Of a stretch of DNA of 64,000 nt, positions 1 through 8,364 are shown piece after piece. The stretch covers positions 6,685 to 70,684 of the forward strand of contig JAUSAZ010000005.1 in assembly GCA_030652255.1 (NCBI GenBank). The letters run 5' to 3'. This stretch comes from Myxococcales bacterium. Lineage in GTDB: Bacteria > Myxococcota_A > Polyangia > Polyangiales > Ga0077539. The notes beneath the pieces are model-generated. The model saw only the letters and a program-made list of their open reading frames with translations. It was not told the origin of the DNA and did not search any database. Each line of letters opens with the position of its first letter. Position 1 is the stretch's first letter. Both the position numbers and the translations under genes were made by a program.

Positions 1-342
1 GCGCTGCTCGGTGACGCCGCACACCCAATGACCCCCAACCTGGGGCAGGGGGGCTGCCAGGCCATCGAGGACGCCGTGGTGCTCTCCGGCGCGCTCGCGG
101 CGCACGCGAAGCTCCCCAGCGCCCTCGCGGACTACGAGCGCATCCGCGTCGCCCGCGCCAACCGCGTCGTGCGCGACTCCCGCCGCCTCGGCGCGCTGGC
201 CGCCCAGGAGGGCGCGGTCTTCCAGGTGCTGCGCGACGCGATGCTCCGGTGGACACCCGCGTCGGTGATGCACGACCGATTCATCGAGCTCTTCCGCTTC
301 GAAGACCCCTTCGCCGCCGCGCGTCGCGCTCCCCGCGAATAG
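1..342 (+). CDS. FAD-dependent monooxygenase, C-terminal part (5' end outside window)
   Basis: Frame 1 reads [25 protein letters not shown], the GDAAH...GQG motif of flavoprotein aromatic hydroxylases; TAG at 340-342. Confidence 0.9.
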   Translation, partial: ALLGDAAHPMTPNLGQGGCQAIEDAVVLSGALAAHAKLPSALADYERIRVARANRVVRDSRRLGALAAQEGAVFQVLRDAMLRWTPASVMHDRFIELFRFEDPFAAARRAPRE

Positions 343-492
343 TCCGACCGCGAGGCCGTCCGCGAGGGGGCGCTCCCGCCAACGCTGCCGGTCGTCGTGA
401 GTTCCCTATGCGCCCGGGGAGGTCCGCGCGGAGCCACGAGCGCTCGTCGCGTGTCAGCACCGATGAGCCCAATGGGACCATCGAGCGCCAGT

Positions 493-1284
493 TCACGCGC
501 GCGGACCAAAGAGCCGCGCGACCGCCGTACGAGAGTAGCCGTCCGCGCCGCGCCACGCGCCGGCATGAACGAACTCGCCGCTACCGCGCGACGGGTCCGA
601 CGGGGCGAGCACGCCGACCGCCGCGAGGATCTCGACGAGGACGTCGCGCTCGGGCTTCGACGAAGGGAGGGCGTCGGCGAGCCGCCTGGAGAGCTTCCCT
701 GGCGTGTCCTTCGGGGCGGAGTCCGCGACGAGCTCGAGGATCTTCTCGAAGGTCGCCCGGTCGTCGTCGGTGGGGGTCGCAGGCTCGGTGCGCGCCAGCT
801 CGGAGAGGTCGAGGAGCGTGTACAGCGGGTCGCCGTGCCGGACGCCGCCCCACTTGTGGCGCTCGAAGTTGAGCACGTCGAGGTCCTCGTCGCGGTGCTC
901 CCGGAGCGCGCCGCAGGTGACGCAGGTGCCCGAGGCGTTGCCGACGTAGTCGTGCGGACCCGCCGCGCTGGCCAGCACGTAGCTCGCCAGTCCCGAGCGG
1001 AGGTCGAGACGCCGCGAGGTCAGGCTCGCGAGGAAGGCCGCCGACGCCTTCGTGGGCTCGATGGACTCCACGAGGCGCCGGGTCTCGGTCGCGAGGGCGT
1101 CGTGCCCGATGGTCAGCGGGTCGAACATCATCCCGTGGCGCTTCGCATACTCGCGGTCGGCCTCGGAGAGCTGGCGCGCGTCCCGGTCGATCCAGCCCTT
1201 CGACGACCAGAAGGTGTCGAAGAGGATCTTCTTCGCGCGGGGGTCGGGACCGCTCGGTCCTGAGGGAGCGGGAGGAGGCTGCAT
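493..1284 (-). CDS. Conserved-looking hypothetical protein with a CxxC motif
   Basis: Globular-looking 263 aa frame (KILFDTFWSSKGWID, CVTCG, LNFERHKWGGVRH) with host-like codon usage; start chosen at MQPPP, 1305 also possible. Confidence 0.7.
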   Translation of the reverse strand: MQPPPAPSGPSGPDPRAKKILFDTFWSSKGWIDRDARQLSEADREYAKRHGMMFDPLTIGHDALATETRRLVESIEPTKASAAFLASLTSRRLDLRSGLASYVLASAAGPHDYVGNASGTCVTCGALREHRDEDLDVLNFERHKWGGVRHGDPLYTLLDLSELARTEPATPTDDDRATFEKILELVADSAPKDTPGKLSRRLADALPSSKPERDVLVEILAAVGVLAPSDPSRGSGEFVHAGAWRGADGYSRTAVARLFGPRA

Positions 1285-1406
1285 GGCGGGGGTTGTCGCG
1301 CACATTTGGCGGACGCGTCAGGAACGAAAGCTTCGGGGATGCAACACTGCAAGGTTCCGCCGGGTGGTGGCGACGGGCCATGCCTGGAATCCCGTTGGTG
1401 GGCTCC

Positions 1407-1421
1407 TGGCACGTCTCCTGC
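1407..1421 (+). promoter_or_regulatory. Candidate sigma54 (-24/-12) promoter
   Basis: TGGCACG-TCTC-CTGC has GG-N10-GC spacing and differs from TGGCACG-N4-TTGC at one position; intergenic and oriented toward the 1830-4284 operon. Confidence 0.55.
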
Positions 1422-1493
1422 GATGTATCTCCCCGAGCGGCGGCGCCGGCGTCCCCCCCCAAACGCCAACGGTGACCGCTGCTAAGTATTTCA

Positions 1494-1529
1494 TCGAGGC
1501 CGATCGTCCAGGGTGGCGATCGGCCTCGA
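1494..1529. repeat. 13-bp perfect inverted repeat (hairpin)
   Basis: TCGAGGCCGATCG (1494-1506) and CGATCGGCCTCGA (1517-1529) flank a 10-nt loop. Confidence 0.8.
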
Positions 1530-1829
1530 AGTCTATTGGGCGGGTCGCCAGCGACGCTCGCCGACGGCCACGGATGGAGTTGTCGACGACGCACCGCCAA
1601 TCCCGAGCGACGCGAGCTGTGCAATGAGCGTTGCTGGTAGCTGTAGCGGACCGGTGCCGCCAACGGCTCCGCTCGCCGACCGGCTGAGTTCCCCATTGCG
1701 CTCGGGTATTCGCTTCGGCGTCAAGGCCACGCAGGCTCTCGCTCCCGCGGCCGTAGCGGGCGGAGCTGCACGCCCTCGTGCCCACCCGGATCGGGTCCTC
1801 CCGCGTCGCGCTCTGGTACTGTCTGAACC

Positions 1830-2381
1830 ATGTCGGACGCAAACGCGATCATCGACCTCGACCTGACGGTTCTGGCCCAGGAGACCGAGTTGAGCGCCCC
1901 TGTCGTCCAGGCGATCGCGCTCGCCGCCAGCGTTGTCCTCGACCGCCTCCACCCCTCCCGGGCGATCGACCCGGCTCGGGTCGTCCAGGGATCCTCCGAG
2001 CGCCTCGCCACCGTGCGGCGCGTGCCCGTCGACGCGCAGGCCCGGGATTCCTACGGCGACCCGCAGGAGGCTACCGAGGAGGGCGCCGAAGGCCTCGCGA
2101 TCGCGGCCGCCCGCAAGGCGCTCGATCGCATCGTCTTCCGGCGGCTCCCGAAGGGGACCGGCGCCGATTACCTCATGCGCGACCCCGCGGCGAACGACGG
2201 CGACGCCTACGAGCGGTTGGAGTGCAGCGGCATCGCTGAGGGGAGCGAGTCGGCCGGCACGCGGATGCGGGAGAAGCTGGCGCAATTGGCGAAGGTTCCG
2301 AACCAGCCCGCGGGGTTCGCGGCGGTGACAGACTTCCGCCCCGAGGTCGTCGCTGTTCACCTGGCGCGGTGTTCCCGATGA
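1830..2381 (+). CDS. Hypothetical protein, putative PD-(D/E)xK restriction-endonuclease-like fold
   Basis: 183 aa with ATEEGAEG (E83), GTGADY (D113), RLECSG (E131) and RMREKLAQ (K149), the order expected for this catalytic core; ATGA overlap with the next gene. Fold call is by recall. Confidence 0.6.
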   Translation: MSDANAIIDLDLTVLAQETELSAPVVQAIALAASVVLDRLHPSRAIDPARVVQGSSERLATVRRVPVDAQARDSYGDPQEATEEGAEGLAIAAARKALDRIVFRRLPKGTGADYLMRDPAANDGDAYERLECSGIAEGSESAGTRMREKLAQLAKVPNQPAGFAAVTDFRPEVVAVHLARCSR

Positions 2382-2800
2382 ACGAATGGATGCGAGACCC
2401 GCGGGTGGCGCAGGCCGAGACCGACGCCTTCCAGGCGGAGCGGGCCGAGCGGCGCGGCAACCCCAGCCAGGCACGCGCGCTCTACCGACAGGCGGCAGAG
2501 TCGCTGGCGTGCGTCGCGCTGCGGGTTCCGGCGGACCACCCCAATACGCGCGGAGACCTCGCGATCGCCGCGGTGGCGAGCTTCTCCCGGGCGGGTGACT
2601 TCGGCCGGGCGATCGAGTTCGGGCAACGGATGCTGGCCGAGGGTGACGCGCTCACGGCACACGGCCGTGACGAGATCCGACGCCTGGTGCACGAGTACGA
2701 GCTGATCGCTGCGCCGGGCGACGTGCCGGTGTTGCCGATGAACAACCGCGGCCGGGCGGTGCGTGATCAGGTCCGGGGAATGTTCCGGAGGGCCGCGTGA
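2378..2800 (+). CDS. Small all-helical (TPR-like) hypothetical protein
   Basis: 140 aa Ala-rich amphipathic helices (ARALYRQAAESLA, DLAIAAVASFSRAGDFGRAIEF); ATGA and GTGA overlaps on either side. Confidence 0.75.
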   Translation: MNEWMRDPRVAQAETDAFQAERAERRGNPSQARALYRQAAESLACVALRVPADHPNTRGDLAIAAVASFSRAGDFGRAIEFGQRMLAEGDALTAHGRDEIRRLVHEYELIAAPGDVPVLPMNNRGRAVRDQVRGMFRRAA

Positions 2801-4284
2801 CCCGCGCGGTGCCGACCGGCGACCTGGGCCTCGACCTCCTGCTCGGCGGCGGATGGAAGCTGGTGGAGCGCCTGCCCGAGCGGCACTCGACCACCGTGGT
2901 GGTGCGCGGCGGTCCAGGCGCGGGCAAGACGCTGCTGGCGATCCAGGTGGCGCTGGCGCTGGCCGAGGCGCTCGGCGGCGACGTCGCGGTGGGATGCGTC
3001 GAGATCCTCCCGAGCGAATACCTCGCGCAGCTTCAGTCGGCGCGGGCGGACATCGAGCGGGCGCGCATCGTGGTGCTGCCCGAGGCGGCATCGCCTTCGC
3101 CATTACCGCGGGTGTTCTGCGGGTTGCTGACCGACCTCGACCCGGCCGCCCCGGACCTCGTGGCGAGCCTGGAATCGCTCGGTCGGGACGTGGTCGCCGC
3201 GGGCGGGAACCCCGCCGTCTACGTCGTGGACTCGCTGATCGAGGGCTATGGCATCGGCGAGTCCGCGCCGCGGGCGAGCGCCGACGCCGCGATGAAGTTC
3301 GCGGTGCAGGGGGGGCGCGGCCTCGTGCTGTGCGAGGAGACCCGCAGCGAGGCCGCGACGACGTGGGTGTTCGCCGCGGACACGGTGCTGGAGCTGGGCG
3401 TCGCCTCCCGCGAACGCGGTCGTTGGATCGAGGTGCGCAAGCACCGCTTCGCGGCCTCGGTCTCTGGGCGTCACGAGCTGGAGATCCGTCGGCAGGGCGC
3501 GCCGGCGGTGTACCCACAGACCCACGCGTGGGTGACCGACCACTCGCACGAGGTGTTGCGAGCGCATGGGTGGCGCTACGCGAACTCGCGAAGAACTATG
3601 GCATTGGGGTGGCATCCGTCGTCGGTCCCCGGGGAAGACGGAGGGTTCGGGGCACGGCAGCTTGAAGGGACCTTCGTCTTGATCACCAGCCCCATCGCGG
3701 ACCTGGCCCGGAGGCTGGCGTTTCGTCTGCTGCCCGGCCAGGGCGCGAGCCACTCCGCACATGACCTGTTCTTCGAGCTAGATCCCTTGATGCTCGGCGA
3801 AGTGGATGCGAGCTCTGCATCGACATCCGTCGAACCCATCCCGACGATCCGCGGCGCGACCCGTGCTTTGCGTTGGTTCATCGAGGTCTGCACGACGAGG
3901 TTCACCGAGACCGGAGAGAAGTCACGGGCGCTGATCCGCCGTGTGATCCTGGGGGATGTTCGCCTCGTCCTGGCCTCTCCAGACGCATTGGAATGGGTCG
4001 AGGCGATCCGGGTCTTTGCGAGTCTGGTGGCCGAGGCTGGGTGGGCCACACCTGTCATCGTCTTCGAAACGCAGGCAGACACCGACTCATCCACCAATGC
4101 GAGCGCGATCCTGGCCCGTTACAGCGACCTCCAGCTCCACGCCTATCGCAATGAGCCCACGGGCACGGTCGTGACTCTCACCGGGCGCGGGCGCCGCAAC
4201 CCGCGGAGGCTGACCTGGCAGTCACGCCTCGACGACACGCCCCTGCCCGCCGACCTGGCGGCGCTCGACCGCTCGGCGCCCTGA
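2797..4284 (+). CDS. KaiC/RAD55-like RecA-fold ATPase with a degenerate second domain
   Basis: PTGDLGLDLLLGGG, Walker A GGPGAGKT, Walker B VYVVDSL and RWIEVRKHR in the N-half; the C-half has no Walker A. Confidence 0.85.
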   Translation: MTRAVPTGDLGLDLLLGGGWKLVERLPERHSTTVVVRGGPGAGKTLLAIQVALALAEALGGDVAVGCVEILPSEYLAQLQSARADIERARIVVLPEAASPSPLPRVFCGLLTDLDPAAPDLVASLESLGRDVVAAGGNPAVYVVDSLIEGYGIGESAPRASADAAMKFAVQGGRGLVLCEETRSEAATTWVFAADTVLELGVASRERGRWIEVRKHRFAASVSGRHELEIRRQGAPAVYPQTHAWVTDHSHEVLRAHGWRYANSRRTMALGWHPSSVPGEDGGFGARQLEGTFVLITSPIADLARRLAFRLLPGQGASHSAHDLFFELDPLMLGEVDASSASTSVEPIPTIRGATRALRWFIEVCTTRFTETGEKSRALIRRVILGDVRLVLASPDALEWVEAIRVFASLVAEAGWATPVIVFETQADTDSSTNASAILARYSDLQLHAYRNEPTGTVVTLTGRGRRNPRRLTWQSRLDDTPLPADLAALDRSAP

Positions 4285-4558
4285 CCGCGGTTCCTCGGTC
4301 TTCGCCGCCCATCGCCGCCGGTGTCCACTGCCCTTGGAGAACACCGTACTGCGCTGGATCCCCACGCCGGGCACCCTCTCGGCGGTCGTGGTCGTCTCGC
4401 TGCCCGACGGCGCGGTGAGGGCGCCGGCGACTACCGCGGCGTCGCGCTCTGTGCGCTCGACGGCGTGCTCGGCCCCTGCGCGTGCGACGCGGGCGTGACC
4501 GCGGCGCTGAGCGGCGCCGTGCCGCTGCCCGAGACGCTGCGGGTGCTGCTCGACGAGG

Positions 4559-5170
4559 TCAGAGCGCGGAGGGCAGGCCCCCGGCCATCAGCGCCTGCGC
4601 GTCGGTGTTGGCGGCGAGCGCGGCGACGATCACCGGGTGGGCGTCGGGCTCGTTGCGGAGGTAGTCCACCTCGCCGAGGGCGGGGCGGATGGGGAAGGCC
4701 AGGGCCTCGGCGCCGAGCGAGAAGCGGGCGTCGACGCCGGGGCGGTTGCCGCGGGCGTCGAAGCGGATCCATCGACCGAGCGGGCTGAGGTAGACGGTGT
4801 TGAGCGCGTGCACGACGTGCCCCGCGGAGGCGTCGTCGTCGCGCAGCGTGAGGCGCTGGTAGCAGACGCCCGCGGGCACGCCGGCGCGGCGCAGCAGGGC
4901 GGCGGCGAGGTGGCTCTTGGCGTAGCAGAGGCCCTCGCGGTGGCGCAGCACCTCCGAGGCGACGCAGGTGACGCGGCGGCCCTGCGCGTCCCACGAGTGG
5001 CGCACCTCGTCGCGCACGAAGACGAACACCGCCTCGGCGAGGGCCACCGGGTCGAGGCCGCGGAGGCGCGCGTCGACGAAGGCCGCGATGTCGGGGGCGT
5101 CGGCGTCGATGACCGCCGTGGCCGCGAGGTAGCGCTCGATGGGGTGGGCGGTGCGAAGGGCGTCGGACAT
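4559..5170 (-). CDS. Transglutaminase-like family protein
   Basis: EGLCYAKSHLAAALLR (catalytic Cys), HALN and WIRFDARGN give a Cys-His-Asp triad; ATG at 5170. Confidence 0.9.
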   Translation of the reverse strand: MSDALRTAHPIERYLAATAVIDADAPDIAAFVDARLRGLDPVALAEAVFVFVRDEVRHSWDAQGRRVTCVASEVLRHREGLCYAKSHLAAALLRRAGVPAGVCYQRLTLRDDDASAGHVVHALNTVYLSPLGRWIRFDARGNRPGVDARFSLGAEALAFPIRPALGEVDYLRNEPDAHPVIVAALAANTDAQALMAGGLPSAL

Positions 5171-5245
5171 CGCTGGGGGACCGACGGTACAACGCCCCCG
5201 CGGTGTGGCGTTGACGGATCTCCGGCGTCGGAGGGAGTGTGCGCC

Positions 5246-6175
5246 GTGACCTCCTCCGCCCGCATGCTGGCCTTCGTCTTCGCGGCGCTCTCGTGCCGCT
5301 CGTCTGCTACGTCCGCGGTCGACGACGACCCGCGGTACCTCTGCCGCGTCGACGTGGCGCCCCTGCGCGCCGCACTGCGCGCCGCGGGCGGCGACCCCGC
5401 GCGCATCCTGCAGCCCACCACCGCGGCGGGGCTGCTCGCGCTCACGAGCGGGCACCGGCACAAGTTCGTCCTCAACGAGAACGGGATGTTCGTGGTCGCG
5501 CCGCTGCCCGCGGACGCGGCGCACAACGAGTACGTGCACCCGATCCTCGGTGACGGCGCGCCGGTGCGCGGCGCCGGGGGGATGACGGTGGTGCACGTCG
5601 ACGGCCGCGTGACGCGGGTGGTGCTCGACGCGGAGAGCTTCTCGTACTGCACCGCCACGGAGAGCCTGCGGCCGTCGGTGCGCGCGCTCCAGGCGATGGG
5701 CATCCCGGCGGAGGCGATCGTGGTCGAGGCGCGGCCGCTCGCGTGCGCGGGGGCGGGCGCGGCGCCGAAGCGCTACGGCGCGGTGATGGTCGGCGTGGGG
5801 CGGCGCTTCGAGACGCTGGGGCGGGCGCTCGCGGCGGGCCGGTGGGAGCTCGCGGACTACGAGATGGAGGAGCTCGCCGAGGACGTGGACGAGCTGCCGG
5901 GCGCGGCGGCGCCGCCGTCGGTGCGCGTCGACCTCGTGCCCACGGCGCGGGCGTTTCCGACGACATACCTGGCGCCGCTGGCGGCGGCGGTGGCGCGGCG
6001 CGACGCGGCGGCGGCGACGGCGGCCTACGGGGTGGCCGCGGGCGGGTGCTACGGCTGCCACCAGGCGGCGGGCAAGGTCGGGATCATGGTGTCGCCGACG
6101 CCGGGCGACGGGGTGCCGTGGATCACGCCAGCGGCGACGGCGGGCGATGGGGGCGTCGGGGGCGACGCGCGGTGA
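5246..6175 (+). CDS. Secreted two-domain protein: unknown N-domain plus C-terminal cytochrome c (c'-like) domain
   Basis: GGAGGGAG RBS before GTG 5246; hydrophobic leader ending LSC; CYGCH heme motif at 6047-6061 at the end of a helical domain. Confidence 0.7.
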   Translation: MTSSARMLAFVFAALSCRSSATSAVDDDPRYLCRVDVAPLRAALRAAGGDPARILQPTTAAGLLALTSGHRHKFVLNENGMFVVAPLPADAAHNEYVHPILGDGAPVRGAGGMTVVHVDGRVTRVVLDAESFSYCTATESLRPSVRALQAMGIPAEAIVVEARPLACAGAGAAPKRYGAVMVGVGRRFETLGRALAAGRWELADYEMEELAEDVDELPGAAAPPSVRVDLVPTARAFPTTYLAPLAAAVARRDAAAATAAYGVAAGGCYGCHQAAGKVGIMVSPTPGDGVPWITPAATAGDGGVGGDAR

Positions 6176-6188
6176 GGAGCCGCGGCTT

Positions 6189-8309
6189 CTATCCCTCCAG
6201 GGCGTCGAAGCGCGCGAACACGGCCACCTCGTCGGCGATGCGCCCCAGCAGGCGCAGCCGCGAGGCGCGCACGACCTCGTCCTTGTCCATCACGAAGACC
6301 TCCGTGAAGAAGCGGTCGACCGGCGCCCGGAGCGAGCGCGCGATGAGCTCCAGCGCGTCGTCGTAGCGGCGCCCGGCCCACAGCGGCGCGAGCTCCATGC
6401 GGGTGCGCGCGAAGGCCTCGATGAGGCCCACCTCCGCGGGCAGCGTGAGGCGCCCGAGGTCGTCGGCCGTGAGCTCCCCCGCCGGGGCCTCGCGCGAGAT
6501 GTTGAACACCCGCTTGAAGGCCACGCCCAGGTCGGCCGCGGCGGGGGTCTTCCAGAAGGTCGCCAGCGCCTCGACGCGCTCGGCCACGTCGACCGGGTCG
6601 TCCTTGCCCGCGGCCATGCACGCCGCCACCGGGTCGCGCCCGTAGCGCTCGGTCAGCAGCACCCGCAGCCGCTCGGCGCAGAACTCCACCACCGTCGCGA
6701 CGAGGGCCTCGCGGGTCGACCCCGCGGCCGTCGCCGCGGCGAGCATCTTCCCGCTCTCCATGTGGAAGACGTCCCAGGTCCAGGTGGCCATGGTGGTGAG
6801 CGAGGTGCGCACGCCGTGGTGCAGCAGCGTGCGCACGATGCCGCCCGCGAGGCGCCGCAGCCCGAAGGGGTCTTCGCTCCCGGTCGGCCGCAGGCCCACC
6901 GCGAGGCAGCCCACGAGGGTGTCGATGCGGTCGGCGATGGCCACGATGGCGCCCATGGGGGAGGGCGCCACGTCGTCGGTCGCGCCCTTGGGCTGGTAGT
7001 GCTCCCCGACGGCGTCGGCCACCGCGGTGGGCTCGCCGTCGAGCTGCGCGTGGTAGCGCCCCATCTCGCCCTGCAGCTCGGGAAACTCCCCCACGGTGAG
7101 CGTCACCAGGTCGGCCTTCGCCAGCACCGCCGCGCGCGACACGTCCGCGGAGTTGCCCCCGAAGCCCTCGCAGAGCAGCGGCGCCAGCTTCGCGAGGCGC
7201 CAGGCCTTCTCGCCGTAGCTCCCGAGCTTCGCGTGGAAGACCACCCCGTTGAGGTCGGCGACGCGGTCGCAGAGCGGGCGCTTGCGGTCCTGCTCGACGA
7301 AGAAGGCCGCGTCGGAGAGGCGCGCGCGCATCACCCGCTCGTTGCCGCGGCGGATGGTGTCCGGGTCGAGCGCCGTGTTCACCACCGTCAGGAACACCGG
7401 CAGCAGCCGCCCGTTGCCCGCCGCCCCGCCGCCCCCCGGGCGCAGCACCGCGAAGTACCGCTGGTGGTCGCGCATCACGCTCTCGATGAGCGCGTCGGGC
7501 AGCTTCAGGAAGTCCTCGTCGAAGCGCCCCGCCACCACGAAGGCCTCCTCCACGAGGCCGGTCACCTCGCGCTCGAGGAAGGCGTCCTCGCGCAGCGCGC
7601 CGCCGGACTCCTTCGCCGCCGCGTGGAGGGCCGCCATCATGCCCGCGCGCCGCGCGTCGGTGTCGACCTGCACGTGCGCCGCCGCGAGCGCCTCGACGTA
7701 GCCGCCCGCGCCCGGGAGGTCGAAGAGGTCCGGCGCGAGGAAGCGGTGCCCGCGCGTGCTGCGCCCCGCCGTGACGCCCGCGAAGGCGAAGGGCACCACG
7801 GCGTCGTCGAGGAGCGCGACGATCCACTGGATGGGTCGGCCGAAGGCCACCTCGCCGTCGGCCCAGCGCATGCTCTTGGCGAAGGTGATGCGCCGGCACA
7901 CGGCCCCGAGCACCTCGGGCAGGAGGGTGCTCGCGGCGGCGCCGGGGGTGCGCTTCACCGCGCGGAGGTAGCGGCCCTTCGGGGTCTCGGCGATGGAGAG
8001 GTCGGCGAGGCTGACGTTGTTCTTCCGGGCGAAGCCCTCGGCGGCCTTGGACCACTCGCCCGTCGGGGTCTTCGCGGCGCCCTCGGCGGGGCCGAGCAGC
8101 TCCTCCTCGCGGGCCTCGACGGCCGCCGGGACGCCCTCGACCACCACCGCGAGCCGTCGCGGCGTGCCGAGGGTGCGCAGGGTGTCGTAGGAGAGCCGCG
8201 CGCGGGTGAGCTCGTCGATGACGAGGTCGGCCAGCTGCCGCAGCGCACCGTCGAGGAAGGAGGTGGGGAGCTCTTCGCAACCAATTTCCAGCAGGAGCGT
8301 CGATGCCAT
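6189..8309 (-). CDS. glyS: Glycine--tRNA ligase beta subunit
   Basis: LLLEIGCEELP, GTPRRLAV, KSMRW, GEFPELQGEMGRY, GSEDPFGLRR; 706 aa. Confidence 0.97.
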   Translation of the reverse strand: MASTLLLEIGCEELPTSFLDGALRQLADLVIDELTRARLSYDTLRTLGTPRRLAVVVEGVPAAVEAREEELLGPAEGAAKTPTGEWSKAAEGFARKNNVSLADLSIAETPKGRYLRAVKRTPGAAASTLLPEVLGAVCRRITFAKSMRWADGEVAFGRPIQWIVALLDDAVVPFAFAGVTAGRSTRGHRFLAPDLFDLPGAGGYVEALAAAHVQVDTDARRAGMMAALHAAAKESGGALREDAFLEREVTGLVEEAFVVAGRFDEDFLKLPDALIESVMRDHQRYFAVLRPGGGGAAGNGRLLPVFLTVVNTALDPDTIRRGNERVMRARLSDAAFFVEQDRKRPLCDRVADLNGVVFHAKLGSYGEKAWRLAKLAPLLCEGFGGNSADVSRAAVLAKADLVTLTVGEFPELQGEMGRYHAQLDGEPTAVADAVGEHYQPKGATDDVAPSPMGAIVAIADRIDTLVGCLAVGLRPTGSEDPFGLRRLAGGIVRTLLHHGVRTSLTTMATWTWDVFHMESGKMLAAATAAGSTREALVATVVEFCAERLRVLLTERYGRDPVAACMAAGKDDPVDVAERVEALATFWKTPAAADLGVAFKRVFNISREAPAGELTADDLGRLTLPAEVGLIEAFARTRMELAPLWAGRRYDDALELIARSLRAPVDRFFTEVFVMDKDEVVRASRLRLLGRIADEVAVFARFDALEG

Positions 8310-8364
8310 GGCGTCGGTGTGGGTATCAGAAGCCCGCTGTTCCGTCGATGCTTCGCGCGGGGCG

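Noticed and set aside
1440-1700. Integron attC site or IS end beside island 1
   Set aside because: GCCAAC cores are present but no matching GTTRRRY partner with correct spacing, and no integrase or transposase in the window.
1318-1866. ORFs 1318-1842(-), 1513-1866(+) and 1293-1475(+) as genes
   Set aside because: Low-complexity translations with no motifs or convincing RBS; treated as non-coding.
2797-4284. Circadian clock kaiC
   Set aside because: No kaiA or kaiB nearby, and the second domain lacks Walker A, so this is only a KaiC/RAD55-like ATPase.
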